A DNA stretch of 32,000 nucleotides from Methanocaldococcus jannaschii DSM 2661 (GTDB taxonomy: Archaea; AGJL01; Methanococci; Methanococcales; Methanocaldococcaceae). Positions within the stretch are counted from its first letter, which is position 1. Each line of letters begins with the position of its first letter. The notes under the pieces were generated by a model. It was not told the DNA's origin and ran no database searches. It saw only the letters and a program-made list of their open reading frames with translations. A program made the position numbers and the translations under genes. Of this stretch, positions 16,206 to 27,629 are shown one piece after another. The stretch covers positions 940,712-972,711 of the forward strand of contig NC_000909.1 of the NCBI RefSeq assembly GCF_000091665.1, written 5' to 3'.

Positions 16206-17486
16206 TTATCTCTTTCCTAACTCTTCAACCATTAACAAAGCGCAGTAATCCCCACAAATTGAACATGCCTTTTCTTCTTTTGATGGAATTTCTTCTCTCA
16301 TCTTTCTTGCCTTCTCCTTATCTATTGCTAATTCAAACTGCTTTTCCCAATCATGGTTTTTCCTTGCATAAGCCATCTCTGTCTCTTTTTCCCATGCTAA
16401 TTTATTCCCTTTAGCAACATCAGCAGCTTGAGCAGCTATTTTAGTAGCTATAACTCCTTCTTTAACATCTTCTATTGTAGGCAATCTTAAATGCTCACTT
16501 GGAGTTACATAGCAGAGGAAATCAGCTCCATAATAGCCTGCTAAAGCTCCACCAATTGCAGCAGTTATATGGTCATAGCCAGGGGCTATATCTGTAACTA
16601 TCGGCCCCAAAACGTAGAATGGAGCATTTTTACATAAACTTTTTTGCAATCTGATGTTTGTTTCTATGTAGTTTATAGGAATATGTCCTGGCCCTTCAAC
16701 CATACATTGAACTCCTTTCTCCCTACATCTTTCAACCAACTCTCCTAAAGTAATGAGCTCTTCAATTTGAGCCCTATCTGTGTTATCTGCTAAGCAACCA
16801 GGTCTCATTCCATCTCCTAAGCTTATAGTTACATCATGCTCTTTAAGGATATCTAATAAATAATCAAAGTTTTTGTATAATGGGTTTTCTTCGTTGTGAT
16901 ATAAGATATAGGCGGTTAAAAATGCTCCTCCTCTACTTACAACTCCCATTATTCTTCCACTTCTCTTTAATCTCTCAACTGACTGTTTAGTTATACCACA
17001 ATGTAAAGTCATAAAATCTACTCCTTCTTTAGCTTGCTTTTCAATAACCTTAAACATCAAATCTTCATTCATATCAATGACTCTTCCATACTTTTCTCTT
17101 GCCAATTTTCCAACTTCATATATTGGAACTGTCCCAATAGGGATTTTAACAGCATCCATTATCGCTTTTCTTATCTCTTCCAAATTACCTCCAGTGCTTA
17201 AATCCATTACTGCATCTGCCCCATATTTTTCAGCAATTTTTGCCTTTTTTATCTCCAATTCTATATCAACACAATCTGGAGACGTCCCAATGTTTGCATT
17301 TACTTTAGTTCTTAAACTCTGCCCAATTCCTACTGGATTTGTATCCCTATTAACATTCTTTAAAATAACTACATATCCTTTTGCTATAAGTTTTCTAAGC
17401 TTTTCAATATCAATTTTTTCTTTTTCAGCAACGATTTTCATCTCTTCAGTGATAATCCCATTTTTTGCATCATCCATTTGAGTCAT
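16206..17486 (-). CDS. thiC: Phosphomethylpyrimidine synthase ThiC
   Basis: Strongly conserved ThiC sequence, including the C-terminal CSMCG-type motif (here CSICGDYC). ATG 17486 (MTQMDDAKNG...) is preceded by GGTGAT. The ORF-track N-terminal extension is unlikely. Confidence 0.93.
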   Translation of the reverse strand: MTQMDDAKNGIITEEMKIVAEKEKIDIEKLRKLIAKGYVVILKNVNRDTNPVGIGQSLRTKVNANIGTSPDCVDIELEIKKAKIAEKYGADAVMDLSTGGNLEEIRKAIMDAVKIPIGTVPIYEVGKLAREKYGRVIDMNEDLMFKVIEKQAKEGVDFMTLHCGITKQSVERLKRSGRIMGVVSRGGAFLTAYILYHNEENPLYKNFDYLLDILKEHDVTISLGDGMRPGCLADNTDRAQIEELITLGELVERCREKGVQCMVEGPGHIPINYIETNIRLQKSLCKNAPFYVLGPIVTDIAPGYDHITAAIGGALAGYYGADFLCYVTPSEHLRLPTIEDVKEGVIATKIAAQAADVAKGNKLAWEKETEMAYARKNHDWEKQFELAIDKEKARKMREEIPSKEEKACSICGDYCALLMVEELGKR

Positions 17487-17656
17487 AACAATCACCAGAT
17501 TTGTAATAAAATAATAATGCATCTCGATAACTTTATTAAAACAAAACTATATAAAAGGTTAAGCTAATTATCATTATTAATTATGATAAATTATCTATTC
17601 ATTACCTTAGTGAGTCATATACCTATTATCATGTTTATAATTGTTGGGTGTTGTTC

Positions 17657-18781
17657 ATGAAGTATGAGGGAGAGATAGCTATAGGTCCAGTTCATCCTAC
17701 AATGCTTGAACCACATAGGTTAAGATTGTTTATTGAAGATGAAATTATAAAAGAGGCTGAATTAGTAATTGGTGTTAATTATAGGGGAATTGAGCTTATC
17801 ATGGAAGGATTGCCACCAGAAAAAATTAGTATATTATCTGAAAAGATTTGTGGTATTTGCTCACATATTCATGTATGGTGTAACGTTACAGTTACTGAGA
17901 GAGGATGTGATATAGAGGTTCCAGAGAGAGCTGAGTATATAAGGGCTATAGTTGAAGAGTTGGAGAGATTACATTCCCACATGTTGCTGTTTGGACATGC
18001 CTTTGAGGTTTTAGGCTTTGAAACAATGGCTTTCAGAGCTTTTATGATTAGAGAACCAATAATGCAAATATTGGGAGAGATTACTGGAGGGAGGGCTCAA
18101 TACTCTTGCCCTATAATAGGAGGAATTAGGCCGAGATGTAATATAAAAGAGAGCAAGATTCCAGCTTTATTAGAGAGGTTGGAAAAGTTTGAAGAAAATT
18201 TAAAGAAATTATTGGAAAGAACCGTTAATGACCCAATGATTATGTCAAGGATTAAGGATGTTGGTGTTTTAGATAAAAAAACTGCTAAAAAACTCCATGC
18301 TCTTGGCCCAACAGCGAGAGGTTCTGGAATACATAGTGACATGAGAAAGATGGGACAAGTCCCTGTTTATGATAACTTTGAGTTTGAAGAGATTGTGTTT
18401 GATGATGGAGATGTATTTAGCAGATTGGCAGTTAGATTTTATGAGTGTTTTGAGAGCGTTAAAATCATTAGACAGGGTTTAAAGGACTTGCCAAATTTGG
18501 ATAAAAGAATATATAACCCAAACTATGAATTAAAGGAGTTTAAACCAATAGATGTTTATAATGAAGCTCAAAGAGGGCAGGTTTATTATTCTTATGGTTT
18601 AGATGAAAATGGTAGAGTTAGACAGGTAAAAATTAGGACACCAACAGCAACCAACTTAGCTTGTATGGAAGCAATTCTGCCAGGACATCATGTTTCAGAT
18701 GCTGAATTAATTATAGCAAGCTGTGACCCATGCTTTACTTGCACAGATAGGATGATTGTTGTTAAAGAAAATAAGATTTAA
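17657..18781 (+). CDS. ehbN: Group-4 (energy-converting) [NiFe] hydrogenase large subunit, NuoD/EchE-like; stand-alone
   Basis: N-terminal Ni-binding motif CGICSHIH and C-terminal [12 protein letters not shown] 17657 follows GGGTG. The symbol rests on my recollection that Methanococcales Ehb genes are dispersed and this locus is the Ehb large subunit. Confidence 0.75.
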
Positions 18782-18931
18782 AGTTTAAAAATAGTTTAGT
18801 TAATTTCTATTTTGTTACATTATTTATTTTACTGATATTTATTGATAAATATAAATATGACAATTTTAAATTTTATATATCATTTTCAACATAAAAGCTT
18901 AATTTGCAAAATAAGTTTAATGGTGGGATTC

Positions 18932-20902
18932 ATGGGAGATGAATTATTTAAAGAATTTAAAGAACATTCAGTTGCTGAATTTTTTAGGAAAAATAAACAC
19001 ATGCTTGGATACAGTGGAAAAATTAGAAGTTTAACAACTATAATCCATGAATTGGTTACAAACAGCTTAGATGCATGTGAAGAAGCCGGCATTTTGCCAG
19101 ATATAAAAGTTGAGATTGAGAAGTTAGGAGCTGACCACTATAAAGTGGCAGTTGAAGACAACGGTCCTGGAATTCCTTTAGAATTCATCCCAAAGGTATT
19201 TGGAAAGATGTTAGCTGGTTCTAAGATGCATAGGTTTATTCAATCAAGAGGACAGCAGGGAATTGGGGCTGCTGGAGTTCTGCTATTTTCACAAATAACC
19301 ACTGGAAAGCCGTTAAAAATTATAACATCAACTGGAGATGGCAATATCTATGAAGTTGAAGTAAAGATGAATGTTGAGAAAAACGAAGGAGAAATTGTAT
19401 CAAAAAAAGTAAGAAAAGGAAAATGGAGAGGAACAAGAGTAGAGGGAGAGTTTAAAGAAGTTAGCTACAACAGAGGAGAGTTTGGACCTTTTGAATATTT
19501 GAGGAGAATAAGTTTAGCAACACCACACGCAAAAATTGTATTAAAAGACCCTTATGGAGAGGTTGTATTTGATAGGGTTGTTAATGAACTGCCTAAAAAA
19601 CCAGAGGAGATGAAACCTCATCCTTATGGTTTAACTACCGATGAACTATTATATATTGCAAGAAAGACAAAATCAAAGAAAGTTTCTTCAATGCTCGTCT
19701 CTGAACTTTCAAGAGTTACAACAAAAAGAATTAAAGAGCTTATAAATTACATGCTTAGAGATTTAATATTAAAGAAATTTAAAGATAGTGTATTTTGGAA
19801 CATGGTTGTTTCTTGCTATTTAAATATAGATATTGAGAGCTATCTAAATAAATTTAAAGATTATATTACCGATGATGAGATAGAAACCGTTAGAATGTTA
19901 ATTAAAAACCTTCCAGAGAGCTTAGATGAATTAAAGAGATACGCTTTAAAGTATATAACAATGGAATATTTATTTAATAAGCTAAGTGAAGAGGAGATAA
20001 ACAAGTTAAAGAACCACTTTAAGAAGATACCTGAAAACTTTATGGAATGGGCTGAAAAGAACTATTTATCAGCTACAGTTGTTGATGAATTAAACAAAAA
20101 AGTTAAAAATATAGTTAAAAATCCAGAAGAATTTATCGCTGAAATAAAAAATAAAGGACTAATATCTGATGAAGAACTAAAAAAATTTGAGGATGAAGTC
20201 AAAAGCATATTAAATAAAAATCCTAAGGAATTAACTTGGGATGAGGCGGAAATGATTGTTAATTGTCTTCAAAGTATGGAATTTATGGCTCCTCCAACAA
20301 CAGGATTAAGACCTATTGGAGCAGAGAATATAGAAAAATCATTAAAAGAGCTTTTACAGCCAGATTTTGTTAAGGCAATTACGAGAAATCCAAAAACTTA
20401 TAAAGGAGGAATTCCATTCGCTGTTGAAGTTGCTATTGCCTATGGAGGAAACGCTGGGAGGCAGGGAGACGAAGGAAGAAGAATGGAGATTATGAGATTT
20501 GCTAACCACGTTCCTTTGCTGTATGATGCCTCAGCCTGTGGTTTAACTAAGGCAGTTAAGAGTATAAATTGGAAGAGGTATGGGTTGAGAGGAGAAGATG
20601 CACCAATAACAGTGTTTGTTAATCTAATATCTACGTTTATCCCTTACACTTCAGCAGGAAAGCAGGCAGTTGCTTGTAGTGAAAATGAAAATGAAGAAAT
20701 TTATAATGAAATTAGACATGCGTTGATGATTTGTGGTAGAGAATTAGAGAAATATTTATCAAGAATTAGAAGAGAGGCTGAAGAAGAGAAAAAGAGAAAG
20801 TATGTTATGAAGTATGCAAGAATATTTGCTGAGGCATTGGCTAATATATTAAATAAACCAGTTGATGAGATTGAAGAGAAAGTTGTTAAGTTGTTAGAAT
20901 AA
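18932..20902 (+). CDS. top6B: DNA topoisomerase VI subunit B, with a large insertion in the H2TH region
   Basis: GHKL motifs [15 protein letters not shown] and GQQGIGAAG, followed by a transducer domain. ATG 18932 follows GGTGGGA. The ORF-track start at 18842 adds an implausible leader. Confidence 0.9.
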
Positions 20903-20934
20903 ATTTTTATTTTCTTTTCTCTTTTTTAGAATAA

Positions 20935-22223
<1,289 letters not shown>

Positions 22224-22228
22224 TACCC

Positions 22229-23146
22229 ATGGATGTTGTTTTAATTGTCTTAATTTTAGTTTTAGTTGGGTATTTTTCAAAAATCTTTGGGATTTTAAAA
22301 GAAGAACATGCAAAGATTTTAAACAATATCGTTATTTACATTGCTATGCCTTCAACGATATTTTTAACTATATCAAAAAATGTCTCCTCATCTCAGATAT
22401 TAGAATTTTTAAAGCTTCCAGTGGTCATTTTTTTATGCTGTTTATTTGTTGGGATATTGGCTTATTTACTTGGAAAGCACATCTTTAAATTAAAGGATGA
22501 AAAGCTTGGAGGATTAATTTTGGTATCAATGCTTGGAAATACTGGATTTTTAGGTTATCCAGTAGCTTTGGGAATGTTTGGTGAAGAGGGATTGGCAAGA
22601 GCTATATTCTGCGACTTAGGAGGAGTTTTTGCTACAATGCTATTAGGAACTTATGTTGGGATAAGATTTGGAAAAGGTAGAGATAAAAGCATCCTAAAAG
22701 ATATGGCTAAATTCCCTCCCTTAATAACTGGAATTCTATCAATAATCTTAGTATTTTTTGGTTTTAAATTAAATTATATTCCAAGCTTTATCTTAAAATC
22801 TTTAAATTATCTATCTTCAGCAACTGTCCCTTTAATCATGATGTCTTTGGGTTTATCTCTCTCACCAAAGGCTTTAAAGTTTGGAGTCTTTTGGGGAATT
22901 ATAGCGTCAATATTTAGATTCATTGTATCTCCAGCTACTGCCTTTACGTTATCTGAACTAATCAATATAAAAGGTTTAGAGAAGAATGTTTTATTGGTTG
23001 AGAGTTCTATGCCTTCAGCAATGATGACGCTCGTTTTAGGGACATTATATGAGTTAGATATTAAATTGATAGCTTCATCTATATTTATTACAACAACTTT
23101 CTCTCTATTAGTCATTGCCCTTTGGGGATGGATTTTATTAAATTAA
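22229..23146 (+). CDS. AEC (auxin efflux carrier) family membrane transporter
   Basis: About 10 TM helices with AEC-like N-terminus. ATG 22229 follows GTGAT. The ORF-track start GTG 22220 overlaps the coaD stop. Confidence 0.75.
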   Translation: MDVVLIVLILVLVGYFSKIFGILKEEHAKILNNIVIYIAMPSTIFLTISKNVSSSQILEFLKLPVVIFLCCLFVGILAYLLGKHIFKLKDEKLGGLILVSMLGNTGFLGYPVALGMFGEEGLARAIFCDLGGVFATMLLGTYVGIRFGKGRDKSILKDMAKFPPLITGILSIILVFFGFKLNYIPSFILKSLNYLSSATVPLIMMSLGLSLSPKALKFGVFWGIIASIFRFIVSPATAFTLSELINIKGLEKNVLLVESSMPSAMMTLVLGTLYELDIKLIASSIFITTTFSLLVIALWGWILLN

Positions 23147-23272
23147 ATAATTTTTAATTAATTAAAAGGTATATATAACATTAAATAGTGTAACTATAAT
23201 TATCTGTTATTTTTAAGAATGTTGGCATTGTTTATCTTGTTTATCATTATTTGCCTATGAGAGGGAGTAAGG

Positions 23273-24373
23273 ATGGAAAAGGAAGGAGTAAAAAATTATC
23301 TTGTTCTTGTTGTTGATATTGATGACGATATTGGAAGAAAAGCTGGTCTAAACACACCAATTTTAGGTAGGGAGGAAAACATAAAGGCATTGATAAAATT
23401 AGGTTTGGCAGACCCTGGAGATAGCGATGTTAATGCAATTCTTGGAGGGGTTAAGATTTACGATGAGTTAAAAGCAAGTGGAAAAGATGTTGAAATAGCT
23501 ACAATTTCTGGAGATGTTGATGTTGAATCAGAGAAATGTGCATTGAGAATAAAGGAGCAGATAGACTTTTTGTTATATCTGTATAATCCAGATTTTATTT
23601 ATTTGGTATCTGATGGAAAAGAGGATGAGATGATTTTAAAATACTTGGAGTCAAAAAATATTTTTGTGTGGAAGAAGAGAGTTATAGTTAAGCAGAGTGA
23701 AACCTTAGAATCCACTTATTATTTAATCCAAGAGTTTATTAAAAAGACCATGGAAGAATATATCCCATTAATTTTAACATTTATTGGATTTTCTTTAATA
23801 TTGTATGCGATATTTGCAGATATAGGTTGGAGAATTGTTGTTGGAATTATTGGGTTATATATATTATCGGAAGGAGTGGGTGTTAGAAAGTTATTAATGG
23901 AGAAAATTAAAAAGAAAGAAGAGTTTGATGTAGGGAGGGTTTTTCCTATCTCTGCATCTATATCTATATTTATTTTAATTATTGGACTAATATACTCATT
24001 AAGTTCTATTAATAAAACTTCATCAACACTTACAGAATTTATAGGAGAATTTTTATTGCACTTTGTGGATTCTTTAACACTTTCATTGTTGATTTTAATG
24101 GTTGGGAAATTTGTAGATACCATTATCAACTCAGAAAAAGACCTTTTAGAAATACTTAAAAAGTATTTTTTCTGTTTGATATGTATATTCATATCGAGAG
24201 AACTGATTATTTCTGGTGGGGAATACCTACTAAAAAAGATAAGCTTTATAATGTTTGTTATGTGTGTTATAATTTACATATCTATTGTTATTATTCTTTC
24301 AGTTATCCTATTTACAAAAAGTTCAAAAGAAGATAAATTCAAAAAATTAAAAAATAGCATCACAAAGGGCTAA
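23273..24373 (+). CDS. Conserved archaeal membrane protein (DUF373-like): soluble N-domain plus multi-TM C-domain
   Basis: N-terminal VLVVDIDDDIGRKAGLNTPILGRE... followed by several hydrophobic helices. GAGGGAG SD. The family name is from memory only. Confidence 0.6.
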   Translation: MEKEGVKNYLVLVVDIDDDIGRKAGLNTPILGREENIKALIKLGLADPGDSDVNAILGGVKIYDELKASGKDVEIATISGDVDVESEKCALRIKEQIDFLLYLYNPDFIYLVSDGKEDEMILKYLESKNIFVWKKRVIVKQSETLESTYYLIQEFIKKTMEEYIPLILTFIGFSLILYAIFADIGWRIVVGIIGLYILSEGVGVRKLLMEKIKKKEEFDVGRVFPISASISIFILIIGLIYSLSSINKTSSTLTEFIGEFLLHFVDSLTLSLLILMVGKFVDTIINSEKDLLEILKKYFFCLICIFISRELIISGGEYLLKKISFIMFVMCVIIYISIVIILSVILFTKSSKEDKFKKLKNSITKG

Positions 24374-24374
24374 T

Positions 24375-25328
24375 ATGATTACGGTAATTGCTATAGCTAA
24401 AGATGGCAGTATTGTCGAGCCAAAACTTGATGAAATTAGCTTTGAAGATTATAGACTTATTTGGATTGATTGTTATGACCCAAAAGATGAAGAGCTATAT
24501 AAACTCTCTAAAAAAATTGGTATTTCTGTCTCTGATTTACAAATTGGTTTAGATGAGCAGGAAATTCCAAGGGTAGAGGAAGATGAGGACTTTTACTTAA
24601 TTATTTACAAAGCTCCATTATTTGAAGAGGATATTACAACAACATCCTTAGGTATCTATATTAAGAATAACCTCCTACTAACAATCCACTCGGATAAAAT
24701 AAAGGCTATTGGAAGATTGCATAAATTAATATCAACAAAAAAACCAAGAATTGTATTTGAAAGAGGAATTGGCTTTTTATTATACCATATATTAAATGAG
24801 ATTACAAGGAGTTATTCAAGAATTTTAATGAATTTAGAAGATGAGTTGGAGGAGTTGGAGGATAAATTATTAGCTGGCTATGACAGAGAGGTTATGGAAA
24901 AAATTTTAGGATTAAGAAAAACTTTGGTTTATTTTCATAAATCTTTAATAGCTAATAGGGATGTCTTAGTTTTATTAAAGAGAAAGTATCTTCCAATAAC
25001 CACAAAAGAAGACAGAGAGAACTTTGAAGACCTTTACTACGACACTTTACAGTTAATTGATATGTCAGCAACCTATAGAGAGGTTTTAACCTCAATGATG
25101 GATATAACCCTCTCATTAGAAAATATAAAGATGAACCAAATTATGAAAATCCTAACTATGGTTACGACAATTTTCGCTGTTCCCATGTGGATTACTGGAA
25201 TATACGGGATGAACTTCTCTTATTTACCTTTAGCAAACAACCCTCAAGGTTTTTGGCTTGTAATGGCTTTGATGGTTGTAATAATTATGATATTTGTCTA
25301 TATATTTAGAAGGTCAGGATGGATTTAG
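24375..25328 (+). CDS. corA: CorA-family Mg2+/Co2+ transporter
   Basis: YGMNF signature (GIYGMNFSYLP) before the last TM helix. Starts 2 nt after the previous stop. Confidence 0.92.
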   Translation: MITVIAIAKDGSIVEPKLDEISFEDYRLIWIDCYDPKDEELYKLSKKIGISVSDLQIGLDEQEIPRVEEDEDFYLIIYKAPLFEEDITTTSLGIYIKNNLLLTIHSDKIKAIGRLHKLISTKKPRIVFERGIGFLLYHILNEITRSYSRILMNLEDELEELEDKLLAGYDREVMEKILGLRKTLVYFHKSLIANRDVLVLLKRKYLPITTKEDRENFEDLYYDTLQLIDMSATYREVLTSMMDITLSLENIKMNQIMKILTMVTTIFAVPMWITGIYGMNFSYLPLANNPQGFWLVMALMVVIIMIFVYIFRRSGWI

Positions 25329-25337
25329 AGGGAGAAA

Positions 25338-25601
25338 ATGATTATATGGCCATCTTATATAGATAAAAAGAAAAGTAGGAGAGAAGGAAGAAAAGTTCCA
25401 GAAGAGTTAGCTATAGAAAAGCCATCTTTAAAGGATATTGAAAAGGCATTAAAAAAACTTGGCTTAGAACCAAAGATTTATAGGGATAAAAGATACCCAA
25501 GACAACATTGGGAGATATGTGGATGTGTAGAGGTTGATTATAAAGGAAATAAACTGCAGTTACTAAAAGAGATTTGCAAAATAATAAAAGGAAAAAATTA
25601 A
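25338..25601 (+). CDS. srp19: Signal recognition particle protein SRP19
   Basis: 87 aa, MIIWPSYIDKKKSRREGRKV... This matches my memory of the M. jannaschii SRP19 sequence. Confidence 0.93.
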   Translation: MIIWPSYIDKKKSRREGRKVPEELAIEKPSLKDIEKALKKLGLEPKIYRDKRYPRQHWEICGCVEVDYKGNKLQLLKEICKIIKGKN

Positions 25602-25623
25602 AATAGAATTAAAAAGGATTAAT

Positions 25624-26457
25624 TTATTCTGGTTTCTCCATTAATGCTTTTTTGCTCAATCTCTTTCCTTCTGGGTGATGTGGTTTTCTACTAACAGCAT
25701 CCATTGCTTTTTCTAACTCTCTTGCTTCATCTACCAACTTAGCGGCATATCTAATCATTTCATGAGCAGAGGCAACGATTGGGATATATTTCTCTGCCTC
25801 TTTTGTCATGAAACAACCTTTAACATCAACATCTCCAACCTTCTCAGCAATTGTAAATGCAGCCATGGCCTTTGCCTTTGCGTAAGGGTTTGTGAATTCC
25901 ATAGCTTCAACTGCCTTCTGTTCTGTAATAACAATCTTTGGTAATTCTATTTCTTTGCCCTCTTTAACTGCGTCAATCATCTTATCAATTGCCTCTTGAA
26001 CGATTCTTAAAGCTCCAGTTCCAGCTAAAACCCTTATAACATCTGCATTGAATAATGCCATTTCAACAGGGTCTAAAAACTCCCTTCTTGCACCAATCAT
26101 TGGGTCACATTTTATAATTATGTATCCTAAACCTTGCTGTTCCATCTCATCCTTAACTCTTAATCCTGGAGCGTCTCCAATAATCACTGCAGGAATTCCA
26201 CTTTGACTTAAAATTTCTCTTGCCTTCTTAGGCCCTGGAGCGGCTGGATTTGGACCTATGTAGATGATGAAGTCTGGCTTAACTTCCTCAACCATCTTCT
26301 TTGTTACCTCTTCAACTGATTCTGGGTCCATCTTTGCCCCACTACCTAAGACTCTAACTGCTATATCCTTTCTATCTGCTCTCTCATCTAATGCTAAATC
26401 AACAACTGGGGACATTCCTATGTTACCACACTTTATTATTCCTATTTTTACGACCAA
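25624..26457 (-). CDS. mtd: F420-dependent methylenetetrahydromethanopterin dehydrogenase
   Basis: MVVKIGIIKCGNIG... is a typical Mtd N-terminus. TTG start 26457-26455 lies 3 nt after GGTGAT. Confidence 0.93.
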   Translation of the reverse strand: MVVKIGIIKCGNIGMSPVVDLALDERADRKDIAVRVLGSGAKMDPESVEEVTKKMVEEVKPDFIIYIGPNPAAPGPKKAREILSQSGIPAVIIGDAPGLRVKDEMEQQGLGYIIIKCDPMIGARREFLDPVEMALFNADVIRVLAGTGALRIVQEAIDKMIDAVKEGKEIELPKIVITEQKAVEAMEFTNPYAKAKAMAAFTIAEKVGDVDVKGCFMTKEAEKYIPIVASAHEMIRYAAKLVDEARELEKAMDAVSRKPHHPEGKRLSKKALMEKPE

Positions 26458-26874
26458 GTTATCACCTTTTTTATTACTTAATAGGGATATTAGTATTATC
26501 CAAGCTTATCCAATAAATATCTTACTACTTATTTGGAATATTCACCTGATATATAATATCTTTAGATTTTGTTATTAAAAAATAATAACTATTATTTTTA
26601 TTTAAGTTATATATTAGAAAATCTAATAACTATAAATGACTATAAATATGAGAATAGTCAGAAATTAACATTAATAACCAAAGTTTTAGCTTTTGTATAA
26701 TTGCTTCATGGGCATAAATGAGTTAGGGCTATATTCTACAAATATTAATTAATTATACAATTTGAATTTTTAAATTAACAAAAATAAAATAATGTGAATG
26801 ATATTAACGTTTAAATCCGGTTTTTGTTGGAATATTATTAATATAAGATAAAATATAAAATTTAGGTGTCAAAC

Positions 26875-27567
26875 ATGGTTGAGGTTCCAATATTTATTGC
26901 AATTCTAAGCTTTATTGTCATGTGTATTGGCGAGCTTTTAGCTTACTACTCAGTATCTTTAAAATATAAATATGAATTTGAGGCAATTTCCTTTGGATTT
27001 ATATTTGGAGTGGCAACTCTAATATTAATTCCAAAATCATACTCCAACATGTTTGTGTTATATGTAATTTTGGGGATGATTACAGTCTATCTTATTGAAA
27101 AATATTTAGCATACTGCCCATTATCAAAAAAATATTGTGTAGAGTGTGACAACTTAGAAGAAAATAGGATTAAGTTTATTTATCCAATATCCTTCTTTAT
27201 CCACACATTTATAGATGGGTTGATAATTGCTGTATCATATATAAGTGAGATAGGGCTTCCTTTGTATCTTGCTATATTGATGCATAAACTCCCAGCTGGA
27301 TTTGTTTTGATATCTCCACTAAAAGGTGTCTATAAGAATCCTCTCTATCCAGGGGTTTTTGTGTCATTTGGAACAGTCCTTGGCACTATAGTTGGATTGG
27401 TGACTTTAAAGGATGTATCTACAAAGATACTGTTGGCATTCTCTGGAGGGGTGTTTTTAGGAGCGTTTCTTATGCTTGCTCCTCATATCTATGAGCATAA
27501 AGAGGAAAAAACGTTCTTATATATTCTATTGGGCTATATATTGGTTGGAATCATTGCATTGCATTAA
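26875..27567 (+). CDS. ZIP-family divalent metal (zinc) transporter
   Basis: Multi-TM protein with the HKLPAGF motif typical of ZIP/ZupT. ATG 26875 lies 6 nt after AGGTG; the ORF track starts at GTG 26866. Confidence 0.7.
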   Translation: MVEVPIFIAILSFIVMCIGELLAYYSVSLKYKYEFEAISFGFIFGVATLILIPKSYSNMFVLYVILGMITVYLIEKYLAYCPLSKKYCVECDNLEENRIKFIYPISFFIHTFIDGLIIAVSYISEIGLPLYLAILMHKLPAGFVLISPLKGVYKNPLYPGVFVSFGTVLGTIVGLVTLKDVSTKILLAFSGGVFLGAFLMLAPHIYEHKEEKTFLYILLGYILVGIIALH

Positions 27568-27629
27568 GTTCAAAACGTATAAGTATTACTACCAAATACT
27601 ATTTCAGAAGCTAAAATTATCTTTTTGGG

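Noticed and set aside
17487-17656. Possible TPP riboswitch upstream of thiC
   Set aside because: The thiC 5' region is uniformly AT-rich. It has no GC-rich helices and none of the CUGAGA / ACCUGAUCUGGAUAAUGCCAGCG-type conserved cores. TPP riboswitches are not expected in Methanococcales.
18842-18931. N-terminal 30-aa extension of top6B given by the ORF track
   Set aside because: The sequence ([30 protein letters not shown]) has no homology to Top6B N-termini. A GGTGGGA SD sits directly before ATG 18932, and a TATA-like ATTTTATATATC box lies inside the extension.
19745-20215. Top6B insertion as an intein
   Set aside because: There is no Cys/Ser at an N-extein junction, no His-Asn-Cys/Ser/Thr C-terminal junction and no homing-endonuclease motifs. 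The composition is simple K/E-rich helical sequence.
26690-26760. Tiny ORFs in the mtd-ZIP spacer (e.g. MGINELGLYSTNIN)
   Set aside because: They are under 15 codons with no SD, in low-complexity AT-rich DNA. They are indistinguishable from chance.
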